This document shows, one piece after another, positions 1 through 10,939 of a stretch of DNA of 64,000 nucleotides (position 1 is its first letter; every line of letters starts with the position of its first letter). Position numbers and translations under genes: made by a program. The notes beneath the pieces are model-generated. The model did not search any database. It was not told the origin of the DNA and saw nothing but the letters and a program-made list of their open reading frames with translations. The DNA is taken from NCBI GenBank assembly GCA_050273025.1, contig CP158636.1, forward strand, positions 310,001-374,000, given 5' to 3'. This DNA comes from Cenococcum geophilum. Taxonomy: Eukaryota.

Positions 1-248
1 GCAATAGTAAGTAAGGAGGATTAATATTTATTACGCTAGTTAAGCGGTATTTTATATATAACTATAAAAGAAGAGTTGCTAGTGTCGGGAATATATTACA
101 TATAGTCACGTGTAGCCGCGGCACTAGCGTAGCGAGGAGCCTTAAGCTCCTCGCTTTTCCTCATTTCAATTAATAAGCTTTATTAACCAACATCACTATA
201 ACCCTACTCGAGTAGTCGTTATTAGTAAGTCACCCTGTATAACCAACA
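1..248 (+). mobile_element. 3' end of a Ty1/Copia LTR retrotransposon: polypurine tract (66-82) and 3' LTR (83-248)
   Basis: AAAAGAAGAGTTGCTAG is followed by TGTCGGGAAT...AACCAACA. The PPT and LTR are homologous to the Copia ends at 32601-32803 and 50386-50552. Confidence 0.9.
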
Positions 249-415
249 CTAAGAAACTATAAACTCCTAGTTTAGAGGTTTATAAACTACTAGGATATAG
301 CTATTAGTATATATTAAGTTGCCTAGAAAGGATTTATATATATAAAACTATAGCGCTATAGCCTAAAGGCTGTATACGTAGTATTATATATAGTATAATA
401 TAATAGATATAAAAA
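249..415 (+). mobile_element. 3' UTR and short A-tail of a family A LINE, interrupted upstream by the Copia
   Basis: Aligns with the LINE 3' ends at about 15110-15265 (+) and 15656-15850 (-); ends GATATAAAAA. Confidence 0.85.
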
Positions 416-978
416 TTATAATTAAAATATAGTAATTAATATTACGGGACTGCTGTTTTATACGCTACGCTATATATATAGCTGGCGATATAGGATTCCT
501 TTTATTTACTTATTTACTTAGTAGATAGTTTATCCGCCCCAATTGCCCCTATATAGATTTGGCGTAGCTATATTCCTTTTAAGCTCTTTAGCAATCCTCT
601 TAAGTCTCTATAATAGCTATATATAGTTATTAGTTCTTTAAATCTAATACCTATTTATCTAGCGTTTATATATAATACTTCGTTATTATAATAATTAAAA
701 AGTAAGGCCTTGTAGCCGCTACGGGAGGTAAGACTCTTAGTAGTATTAAATAGCGTCCGCTATAATATGGACTAGATTTAATATATTAAATTTATTAATT
801 AAGGCTAATTTATAATTACTAATAGCTATAATATTAAAGGGCTTAAAAAGACAATTACTTAGTACTAGAAAACGGGCTTTAAGATACTTAATTTAGTTAA
901 GTCTTACTTTAAACTGCGGCTAAGTACTTATTAGGTTTATATCCAGTCTATATAGCTACTATTTTTTAACCTATTCTT

Positions 979-1188
979 TATAACGGCGCTATCGCATATT
1001 ACCTGCTAAATTCTGCCATATTCTACTAACCTATAATTGGCCCGCCTAAAGCTAGCGCCTTAGCGGCTTACCCTATATATTTGTTTACATTAGTCCTAGT
1101 AACCCCTTTTTCTTCTCTTTAGCTTAGTATCTTAGTAATACAGCATTCTATAAGCTTTAGTTTAGAGGCATTTATATAAGCCGTAATA
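979..1188 (+). repeat. G1 5' LTR
   Basis: Direct repeat of 7143-7352; TG...CA termini mutated to TA...TA. Confidence 0.95.
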
Positions 1189-1418
1189 TTATACTAAGCT
1201 CACCCTACCTTACCTGGGAAGGCCTTAATAATATCCCACCCTAAAGAAACTTCGTCTGCAACGACGTATTAACATACTATACTTAGACACTAAAACAACT
1301 CTATATTACCTGGGAAGGCCTAAATAATATCCTACCTTATAAACTAAATAGGACTAGACCTATACCCCTAGAATTAAAACCAAAGTATATAATATTAACA
1401 AATCTTAGGAAGCTAATA

Positions 1419-2579
1419 ATAGCACCTAAAGCAAGCTTATTTAAGAGAGCTGCCTTTACCTAAAAGGAACCTAAGATCTAATTAGGATCAGAAATTAAAG
1501 ATAATGATAACATTGTAAACGTACGCGAGCAGATTTATACCCTTGCAGCCAGCTAGGAAGCCAATTATCTTAAAGTAAAAAATATACAAGAGACCCTATA
1601 AGAGATCTTAGAAAGCCTTACGGCCCTATAAAATAGCCTAGCTTTCTGTTTTTAAAGCCCTAGCTAATCTATTTACTTTACTGAATATAATATACTAGGG
1701 AGTACGGATATAATAATAAAGTAATTAAAGTCCGTTAAGCTCCCTAACCCCCTACTACTATCTAATAGGATAGACCCTACTTTTAAGAATTAGAGGATTT
1801 AAATACGAGGAAAGCTCCGCGTTAACTATAACCATTTCCTTTCTAAAAAAGCTAAAATACTCTACCTTTTTAGTCGAACCACTAGGGACGCCTAACGGCA
1901 CCTTTAAGCTAAGTTTGAGGACAACTCCCCTATCTAATTTATATTTATTAATAAGATAATACAGTACCTAGCGGCTATTTATATTAACCTAAACAAAGTA
2001 TAGGATACCCGTTATAACTATAATCGCCTAATAATAAAACCAAACTAACCCTTTACCAAATTTTAGACTTAATTCCTATACCTTATAGGAGAAGGCTAGG
2101 TTCCCCTTAAGAACTACTAATTAGACTTATACGATAAGCTAATAATCTAGCTATAAGAAAAGATCGCGGTAACCTTAAATAACCTACTAACCTATAAAAG
2201 ACTTATAGCTTATTGCCTATTATTAGACTTAAAACTAAAGTGGATTAATACTTACCCTAATTAGTAGAAGCAACTCCATAACAATTAGAACTCGCTAGCT
2301 ATACCTATAAAAGCTAGAGTAGGAAGATAAGTTACAACTACTTTTATACTAAAGGCGGTTATAACTACGTACTAGTAAGCCTTACCTAACTAGTTACGTA
2401 CTATACTATTAGCTAGTATTCGCTGTAATACTCTAATCGACCCTGCCTTAGCTATATGCTATAACTATAATAAATAGGGTTACTTTACCTCGTCCTACCT
2501 GGAGCTAAAGGATATAGGCAATATTAAGGAGATAAAGGAAGAAGAAACGTCCAATAAGTCGGGAAAAGAAGAACCCTAG
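1419..2579 (+). pseudogene. gag: G1 gag with C-terminal CCHC zinc knuckle
   Basis: De-RIP CYNCNKQGHFASSC at about 2457-2500; ends SGKEEP-stop at a GGGAAAA slippery-like site followed by a CCCTAGGG...CCCTAGGG stem. Confidence 0.8.
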
Positions 2580-5500
2580 GGAAAGACTCCCCCCTAGGGT
2601 ACCCTATTGATCTTAAAGAGATTAATCTTAGTTAGTTAATAGGTGGAAAGTATTTTATAGTTCTATATATAGTATATTAAAATAGATATAGAGTTGATAT
2701 AACCGCCCTTATTAACACTAAAGTAAATAGCTTCGCCTTTGTAGATACTACCTATATAAATAATGTTGCCAAGTTTCTAGATGTAGAAGCTATCCGACTA
2801 GAGAAGCCTATTTAGGTAAAAGGCTATAACGGCTAAGCTGGTCGGCCTATTACCTATATCTTAAGGTTATATATCGCTCTTAACGGACGACGCTAATATA
2901 GTATCCCCTTTTGCATTCTAAACCTAGGGTCCTATAATATAATCCTTAGACAAAAATAAATATCCTATTTTAATATTTAGTTAAACGTATAATAAAGACG
3001 GTTTATATAGCTGGAGAATAGACTAAGGTTGCCCTTCTTTATTAGGGAGATCCAAACTAACCGTAAGACACTAGCCGCAAGGGCTAACCCTACCTACTAG
3101 TAGGATGTCTAGGCCTATAACCTAGCCTTTACCTAAAAGGACGCCCGCCGCGAAGCTAGAAAGAACTCTATACTAATAAAGATACTCTTCTAAAGCACTA
3201 TATTTAAAGAGGACTCTATATACGGAAGCGGGATAGATAGTGACGTAGATAATATCTAAATTATATAGATCTAACCGGTATAGAAAAGAACGTATTAATA
3301 GGATATAAGGGGTAACCTCTAAAAGATGCAATAGGAGCTAAAAGGAGTAATAATAACACTAGTACCTTAGAAGTCCCTAAAGTTATATACGCCCCTATTA
3401 TTAGGCAACCCCCCTACTATAAATATTACTGTAATTAGCGCTATAGCGTTTTACTTTAATATATACCAGAAGGACAATAAGGTCTTTATAATAAGCCTAT
3501 ATAAAATTAACCAAATTATTAATAATAGAGAGGAAAGGCTAGTTAAGGAAACTAATAAGGAACTAGTTAAACGCCTCTTTCCTACTATTTATATAGACTA
3601 TAAGGATGCATTCTTAAAGGCGGCCTTAAATAAGTTACCCCCCTACCAGATATACAATTATAAGATTTAATTAAAAGCCAATAACTTGCTAGGCTATAGC
3701 CCCCTCTACTATTAATTAATGGATAAGCTAAAAGCAATAAAGTAGTACTTAATTAATAACCTAGATAAAGGGTTTATTAAGCTAAGTTAAGCCCCTTTTA
3801 CTTCTCCTATTTTGTTTATAAAAAGCCTAATAGAGGCCTTTATTTTTATATTAACTATTAAAAGCTAAACGCTATTACTTAAAAGGACCAATATTCTATT
3901 CCCTTAATTAATGAGACCCTTACATATCTAAGCTAGGTAAAGATCTTTACTAAACTTAATATCCGCTAAGCTTTTTACTAAATTAGAATAAACCCTGCAT
4001 TTAAAGATTTAATAATATTCCGTACTTATTATAGTTCCTATAAATATAAAGTTCTTTCTTTTAGACTAATAAACAGACTATGTCACGGCACTGACCTGAC
4101 ACGTTGTTATGACTTAGTGTTGTTATGACACGAGCACAGACCTGACCCCTGAGCGACGTGTATATATACCACCTCACCTCCTACATAGATCCTCACACGA
4201 CATCGTTTGTCAATCATATACAGTCACCTCGTATATCGTACCTTGACAGTCCGCACGTACTGTAACAGACTAGCTACGTACTAAAGGTATATAAATAACG
4301 TTCTTTTTAATTACCTTAATAAATTCTGTATAGTATACCTAGACGACATTCTTATATACTTAGACGATAAACTTAAGTATTAAGTTTATATTAAGAAGGT
4401 CCTAGAGAGACTATAGAACGTAGGCCTATAAGTTAATATTAAGAAATATAAGTTTAGGGTAAAACGTATAAAATACCTTGGGTTTATTATAACTATAGAA
4501 GGAATTAAGGTTAACCCTAAGAAGGTAGAGGTAATCTATAACTAAAAGCCCCCTTATATAGTAAAAGGAATCCAATCCTTTCTTAGCTTTTATAACTTCT
4601 ACCACCAATTTATTTATAACTATAGAATTATAGTAAAACCTCTTATACAACTAACTAGGAAGGATACGCCTTTTATCTTTAATAATAGCTATATAGAAGC
4701 CTTTAAGGAGATAAAAAATTGGCTTATTTCTTCTCTAATCCTTTATTACTATAACCCGGACCTTAAATTAATGCTAAAAATAGATACCTCTAATAGGGTT
4801 ATAGCGGGAATCCTATTATAGTTATATTTAAACGGCGAATAGTACCCTATAGCTTTCTTTTTAAAAATAATGGACCCGGATAAGTATAACTACAAAGTAT
4901 ATAACAAAGAAATGCTAGCTATTATTTAATTACTCTCTTAATAGCGCGTAGAGCTTAAAGGTACAAACTCCTAAATTAAGATATATATAGATTATAAAGC
5001 CTTAGAGTACTTTATAACTATAAAACAGCTTACTAAATAATAAGCTTAGTAGGCCGAAATACTTTTCTAATTCTTTTTTACGATTATATATCATTCTGGT
5101 AAGTAAAACTTTAAGGCTAATACTCTAACCTAAAGAGAATAAGATGTAGGACCTTAGGATAAGCTAAAGACCTAATATTAGACGCGCGCCCTTTTCTATT
5201 TAGAACAGCTTAACCTATAGATCCTTAAGGAGCTAGACTCCTAGTAAAACGAGCTAGCACTAATAGAGGAGTCCTTAGATAAACTAATAGGGCTAATTAA
5301 CCGCCTTTTAACTATAAACCGTACGGCTAATGCCCTAAGGGCCCTTTATAAATAAGCCGTAAAAGGCGACCCCGATTTTAAGACGGAGGAAGAATTGCTC
5401 CTATATTAGGAGCGGCTTATAGTCCCTAATATTAATAATCTACGGACTAAACTAATCCGCGAAGCTTATTACTAAGTCTCTATAGCATACCCTAGCAAGA

Positions 5501-6831
5501 ATAAGACCTATAAAATTATTAACTGCCGCTACTACTGGCCGAGAATAGTTATGGATATCGATCGATATATACAGAACTGCGAAGACTGCTAAAGAGCTAT
5601 AATCCTATAGGATAAGACCCTAGGATTACTTAAGCCACTTCTAATACTAGAGTGCCCTTAATAGTATATTTCTATAGACTTTTATAAACTACCTAAGGAC
5701 CATAACGGATATAATATAGTTATAGTTATAGTTGACCGCTTTAGTAACCGCCCGTTTTTAATTCCCTGTTATAAAAACATTAATGCTAAAAAGGTAGCCT
5801 GGCTATTTGTCTATTACGTCTATTAAATCTATAAACTACTAGATACTATTATATCTAATTATAGGCTATAGTTTATATCGGCCTTTTAGAATAAGTTTAC
5901 CTAAATCCTAGGCATTAAGTTAAAGCTTTTTACGGCTTATTACCCCTAGATAGACGGTTAGATAGAGATTATAAATTAGTACCTGGACTAGAGGCTTAGG
6001 CCCTTTATTAACTATTTCTAGGATAACTGGTCTAAACTACTACCCTTAATAAACTACGCGTAAGCAACCCTACCCTATAACTTTATAGGGTTTGCCCCAA
6101 TTTAGCTAGAAATGGGATACTTACCCTATATAAGCTTTAATTAGAAAAGGCTAGAAGAACCCTAGACTATATAAGAGAAGCTATCTTATACTAAGGCCTA
6201 ATAGTACACTAAACGATTAGAGGAAGTTTAAACGGTAGCCTACGAGAACCTAAAAAAAGCTTAGAGGTTAATAAAACAGTAAGTAAATAAACACCGTTAA
6301 GAGCCCGATCTTGCTCCTGGTAATATAGTCTTGGTTATAATAAGGAATTAGAAAACTAAACGACTTAGCTATAAGCTAGACTACTAGATAGCAGGACTAT
6401 ATAAGGTTCTTAAAAAGATAGGCAACTTGTATAAAATAAAGCTCCTAGATTTAATTAGGGTTTACCCTATTTTCTTACTAAATAAGTTACGGAAAGCTAT
6501 AAACAACCTATTACCTAGATAAAAGAATAAGCCTCCCCTACTAATTTAAGTAAACGGTAATAATAAATGGGAGGTTAACGAGATACTGGCCTATAAGATA
6601 GTATAGGGAACGCTAAAATACCGTATCTAATGGAAGGGCTATAATCCTAACTTAACTTAGTACCCTACGTAAAACTTTATAGGCTACCCCTAGAAGCTTA
6701 AAGAATTCTATAACTAATACCCTAATACGCCTAGACCCCTAAAGTACCTAGATAAATAGATAGAATGCTAGTATAATAAAGATAATAAGTTACTGGAAGA
6801 ATATAGGGACAAAAACGCCCTAAAGCCCTAA
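2580..6831 (+). pseudogene. pol: G1 pol (protease, RT, RNase H, integrase, chromodomain)
   Basis: ALIDT protease motif near 2705; YLDDILIY at about 4336; TDAS RNase H near 4780; integrase VDR/SD.G.QF/HPQTDGQ.E; WEV.EIL chromodomain near 6568. Confidence 0.9.
4081..4267 (+). mobile_element. Solo LTR (187 bp), essentially free of RIP
   Basis: TGTCAC...GTAACA termini; perfect TSD GACTA at 4076-4080 and 4268-4272; 5' end matches the LTR at 51109. Confidence 0.92.
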
Positions 6832-7142
6832 TATAGCTGTCTGCCGTTTTCTACTATACCCTACCGTTTTTTGCTAGTACCGTAAAATTTTAGATATCTA
6901 GGAACTTTAACCACCGGTTAAAGTTGTCTAATTAGTTAGATCCGTGCTAAAACTTTTAACAGCTATTTTTTCTAGCCTAGTGCTTCCACTTAGCCTATAA
7001 TCGCCCTTTGTACTTAGTTTAAACGTACTTATATTCCTTTTATCTCCTTATCTTATATTTTATAATCCTACGTTTATAAGCCTAATACTACCCTATTTCT
7101 AACTAAGCTTAAGGGTAGGCTTTCTTTTAAAGAGGGGGGTGA

Positions 7143-7352
7143 TATAATGGCGCTATTGCACGTTACTTGCCAAATTCTACTATATTTTGCCGACTTGCGA
7201 TTAGCCCGCCTAAAGCTAGCGCCTTAGCGGCTCACCCTATATATTTATTTACATCGGTTTTAGCGATCCCTTTTCCTTCTCTTTAGCTTAGTATTTTAGT
7301 AATATAGCATTTTATAAGCTTTGGTTTAGAGGCATTTATACAAGCCGTAACA
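7143..7352 (+). repeat. G1 3' LTR
   Basis: Follows the PPT, ends GCCGTAACA and repeats 979-1188. Confidence 0.95.
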
Positions 7353-9235
7353 TTCTCTAGGCTATACTACTATTACCTAAGGTAAAAGTAAATAGGACGT
7401 TTAGCTTACTAACCTTATACTTATTAAACTAAAAAATAAAGTGCCGAAACTAAATAAGCTAGTGCTATATATAATTATATTAATAATATAGGGGAAGTAT
7501 AATTAAGACGGTAAGGTTAAATATATAGGCTATATATGTAATACTAACCCTATTCTCTACCCTCTCTCTATAATAGCCTTTACTTCTTTAACTATTAGAG
7601 TAAAGATAGTACTAAGAGCTTTTTATACTTTTAGTAGCTAAAGAACTACTATAGCTTATATATCTTCCCTAGTAGTATTAAAGTACTATAACGGCCATTA
7701 AGCTATTATATATAGTTTAAATAAAATAAAAACGTGATTTAGGCGGTAGGGATTTACTTAAAAGAGAAAACCTATAGCGCCTATAAGTAGAGAGTCTAGT
7801 ACGCTAAGCTTAGCGGCATTAAGGAGACCTAAATTAAATAGGCCGAATGCTAGAATATAGACGCGATAATAGAAGCTTACCTTAGCTATCTATTTCGAGC
7901 GTTTATATAGCTAATTGCCAGCTTCCTAAAGGAAGGAAAAGGCTACTTTCTCCCCTATATATAGGAGGTGCTAAAGAAGGTCTTTTATTTAAGGATATAG
8001 CCTAAGACTAATATTTAGCTAAAGCGTATAAAGACCTACTACTTAAAGATATTACGGACCTTATATTAGTAATAGTATAACTATTAAGAAGAGATATAAA
8101 TAGGTTAGTTAAGATAATATAGAAGGCGCTAAAACCAATTAAGCTATAAAATAAGGGGTAGCTAAGTTATATAGCTAGTTATGTTATAAGTTTAAAATAT
8201 AGGAATATAGGAATATAGGAATATAGGAACGTAATATATAAACGTATTAACGTACTAACGTACTTAGTATATTTCTTAGGCGCGGTATTATATATTTAAA
8301 GGACTATAGTCCCTACCTAAATAGTTCTCTTCTTTATAATAAATCTTAGAATATAATTAGAGTTAATCTATTAGGTAACCTACTCTACTAGTTATATTTA
8401 CGTTGTTAACTATTCTATACCTATATACCTAGCCCTTTAGCAAGTCTATTATAGTATTTCCTATAAGGCTTCGTATTATATTTACTACTAAGGTTATAGT
8501 AAAGAAAGTTAAATAATATACTACTAAAAGCACTAGTTATAACACTATTAATAGTAGCAACTAAGGAAATACCATATATGCAACCTTACTAAAAGGTAGC
8601 GCCGCACTTTAAAACTTACGCATACCTATCTTTCTACTAAAAACAATTAATTTTCCAACTTTTAAGACCTAATTCCTACTGCCTAGCGAGCTAGAGGTGG
8701 ATTTATTCGCCTTTTAACCCCCCTTTTCCTAGAGAAATTTTTTCTTAGGGGTGGTTCTAGCTTATAAGCGAAATAGGCAGAATAGGGATAGAAACACTAA
8801 AACTATAAAATAGACTTTTTCTAGGCTTTTCTTCTAATAAAGAAAAAGCCTAATAAAATAGGGGGTGTAGGTACTTTTTCTATATCTCCTTTAGTTAGAT
8901 TTTCCTTAGTAAGAGAAGGATTGCCCTTTCTAGCTTTTCTGCTAGTAAAAGCCTAATAAGTTATTTTTTCTAGTAGTTTTTTCTACTTCTAATAGAGAAG
9001 AAAATAACCACCATAGTCTTTTTTGCCTAGTTTTTCCACTACCTTTTAGTCTAATATCCCCAGAAACTCTCTAGTAGGGTTAGTAAGGAAAAAGGATAAA
9101 AAGGATAGTAAAAACTAGGAAGGCTTTTTACCTAGTTTTTTACCTCTATAAAAGGAGATAAGAGACTTAAGAAGGTTATTATCTACTAAAAAAACTAGGA
9201 AACCCCCCTATAAGCTATAAGCTATAAGATATAAA

Positions 9236-10920
9236 ATGGTAAAGGCTACTAAGCCTAAAATAAAGCCTCCTATAGAGATAAGTGATGACGAATTTTTATC
9301 TACTTCTTCTTCTTCTCTTCCGTCTTCCCCCTACCTATCTAGGAAAGATATTGTTGGAATGTATATCACGTAGTCACGTGTCTCTAATTAGTCACTATAA
9401 GGGTGACTAATCAGAGACACGCGACTACGTGATATACATTCCAACACTGGCAGTTCTTTCTTTATTGCGTAAAACAGCTATCCTAAGACATACAACTACG
9501 TAACCTCTGTATATACACTCTAATACAACCTCTGTCTATACATTCCGATAGATATAAAGGCAGAAGAAGTGGATAAACCGTCTTTAGCTCTTATAAAAGA
9601 GAATAAAAGAAAAAGAAACCACCTACTATTGTCCCCTAAAAAGGGTAACTAAAACTTAGGAGGAAATATGGCGTAAGCCAGGTATAGAATGGCTAGTCTA
9701 TATTTCCCCCCTCTTTCTCTAAAACAACACGTATAAAAGGCCCTAGAAAGCCTAACCTAGGCTTATATAAGGCTAGAAGGAGAAAGTAAAGAATAGGTTA
9801 AATAAATAAGGGACGACGTACAAAGAATTATAGTAGGAGAAAATCCTTCTATAAAAGAAAGAGAGAAAGAAAAACAGGAGACAGATATCTTAAAAGGACT
9901 TGTAGAAGAAGTAAGAGCCCTCCGTAAGGAGGTAGCCCCTAAAACCTATACGGAAAAGCTAATGAAGGGCCTCTCTTCGTCTACGTTTGCTCCTTCGTCT
10001 TTATCGTTCTCCTTTTTTTCTTCTTCTTCTTCTTCTTCTTTTCCTCTACCTCTTACCTCCTTAGTTCCCCCTACCAGTAAGGTAGTTAATAGCACTACGA
10101 GTTCTATAAGCCCTACTTCTACTAGGGAAAAAAGTAGCTATAAGAAAGAAGACTAATCCTAGTTATAGATACAGACCAAAAGGACTAGTATTTAGATATC
10201 TTCTCTATACGAAATAAAGTTAATAAACTATTTACATCTAAGATGCAAATGGAGAAGCTAGTTATAGCTTCTATAGCTAGAACCAGAGAAAAATAAATAT
10301 TCTCCTTATAACCATAGAAGAATATAATGCAGACTTTCTAGTTAAATATAAGGAAATCTAGTCTAGCTACTTCTCTTTTAAAAAAGAATAAAAACTAGAG
10401 CCCTGGGTTTAAGTAGTAGCATATAGTATCCCTATTACCCCCTTTTTAGGACTAAAAGGTTCTAAACTTCTAAAGGAAGAAATAGAGACCTTTAATCCTA
10501 TTAAGATATAGGGACTACCTAGGTGGATTTTATCTAGGGAAAAAAGATATAATCTACAAACCAGATTTGGCTCTATAGTCTTCACTATAAAAAAAATAAG
10601 GAAAAAAGATAGGAAATTCTTAAATAGAAGGAAATCCTAATTGTAGGGGTAGCTACTAAGGTAGTTAAATACCTAGAAGTCTCTCCTACTATATAATATA
10701 CTAGCTGCTAAAAATTTAGCTATATAGGAGATAGATGCTCTATAAGGGCCTATTGGTTTTATATAGTAGTACACCTATTTAAAGACTACTCCTATTCTAG
10801 TTGTAATATAATAGGTAGACCTTACGAGCATACTACCCCTCTTTGCATTAACTGTAAAGAAAAATACTTTGCTAATAGTAAAGACTGTAAGTCTTTTAAA
10901 GCAGCTAAGCTAGTATAATA
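9236..10920 (+). pseudogene. LINE A ORF1 (gag-like)
   Basis: De-RIP C..CQKFGH....C, C.FC...H....H.C..C and C.NC...H.A.S..C at 10695-10890; Ser-rich tracts. The ORF-track call at 9962-10156 is a fragment of this ORF. Confidence 0.8.
9352..9550 (-). mobile_element. 199-bp snap-back Copia-derived mini-element
   Basis: TSD GATAT (9347-9351 and 9551-9555); 44-bp inverted arms at 9352-9395 and 9403-9446; reverse-strand Copia PPT at 9447-9463; absent from LINE copy 2. Confidence 0.85.
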
Positions 10921-10939
10921 ATAAGTATAAGCTTAGAAG

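Larger units (their letters stand above)
979..7352 (+). mobile_element. Full-length chromoviral Ty3/Gypsy retrotransposon, family G1, RIP-inactivated
   Basis: 210-bp LTRs at 979-1188 and 7143-7352; TSD TTCTT/TTCTC; PPT AAGAGGGGGGTGA; domain order gag-PR-RT-RH-IN-chromodomain. Confidence 0.95.
640..8049 (+). pseudogene. RIP-degraded Crypton-type tyrosine recombinase (Ndc10-like domain), in pieces at about 640-978 and 7358-8049
   Basis: De-RIP translation gives EFIDRG..DGYD, ESYLRTAAEHLLG, RGESRR..QLADL, GK.NQ.GKVEY.G..RN.DPILCP, KTHS.RK, IRRAGRWN.DAM.GAYL..LPR.FM..IAGF, YFLP. Split by the Gypsy at 979 and cut by the Gypsy at 8050. The 5' boundary is uncertain. Confidence 0.8.

Noticed and set aside
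4426..4650. Short track ORFs (also 27370, 31203, 40223, 41644, 45855, 58556, 60637)
   Set aside because: They are antisense shadows of RIP-mutated TE reading frames with I/L/Y/N-biased composition. The calls at 9962 and 40261 lie on the sense strand inside LINE ORFs.
640..8049. Starship captain (DUF3435) recombinase
   Set aside because: The motifs fit the Crypton/Ndc10-like family, and no cargo genes are present.
8198..8230. (ATAGGAAT)n and (ATAATCTAT)n short repeats as telomeric or satellite DNA
   Set aside because: They are internal U3 repeats of G2 LTRs.
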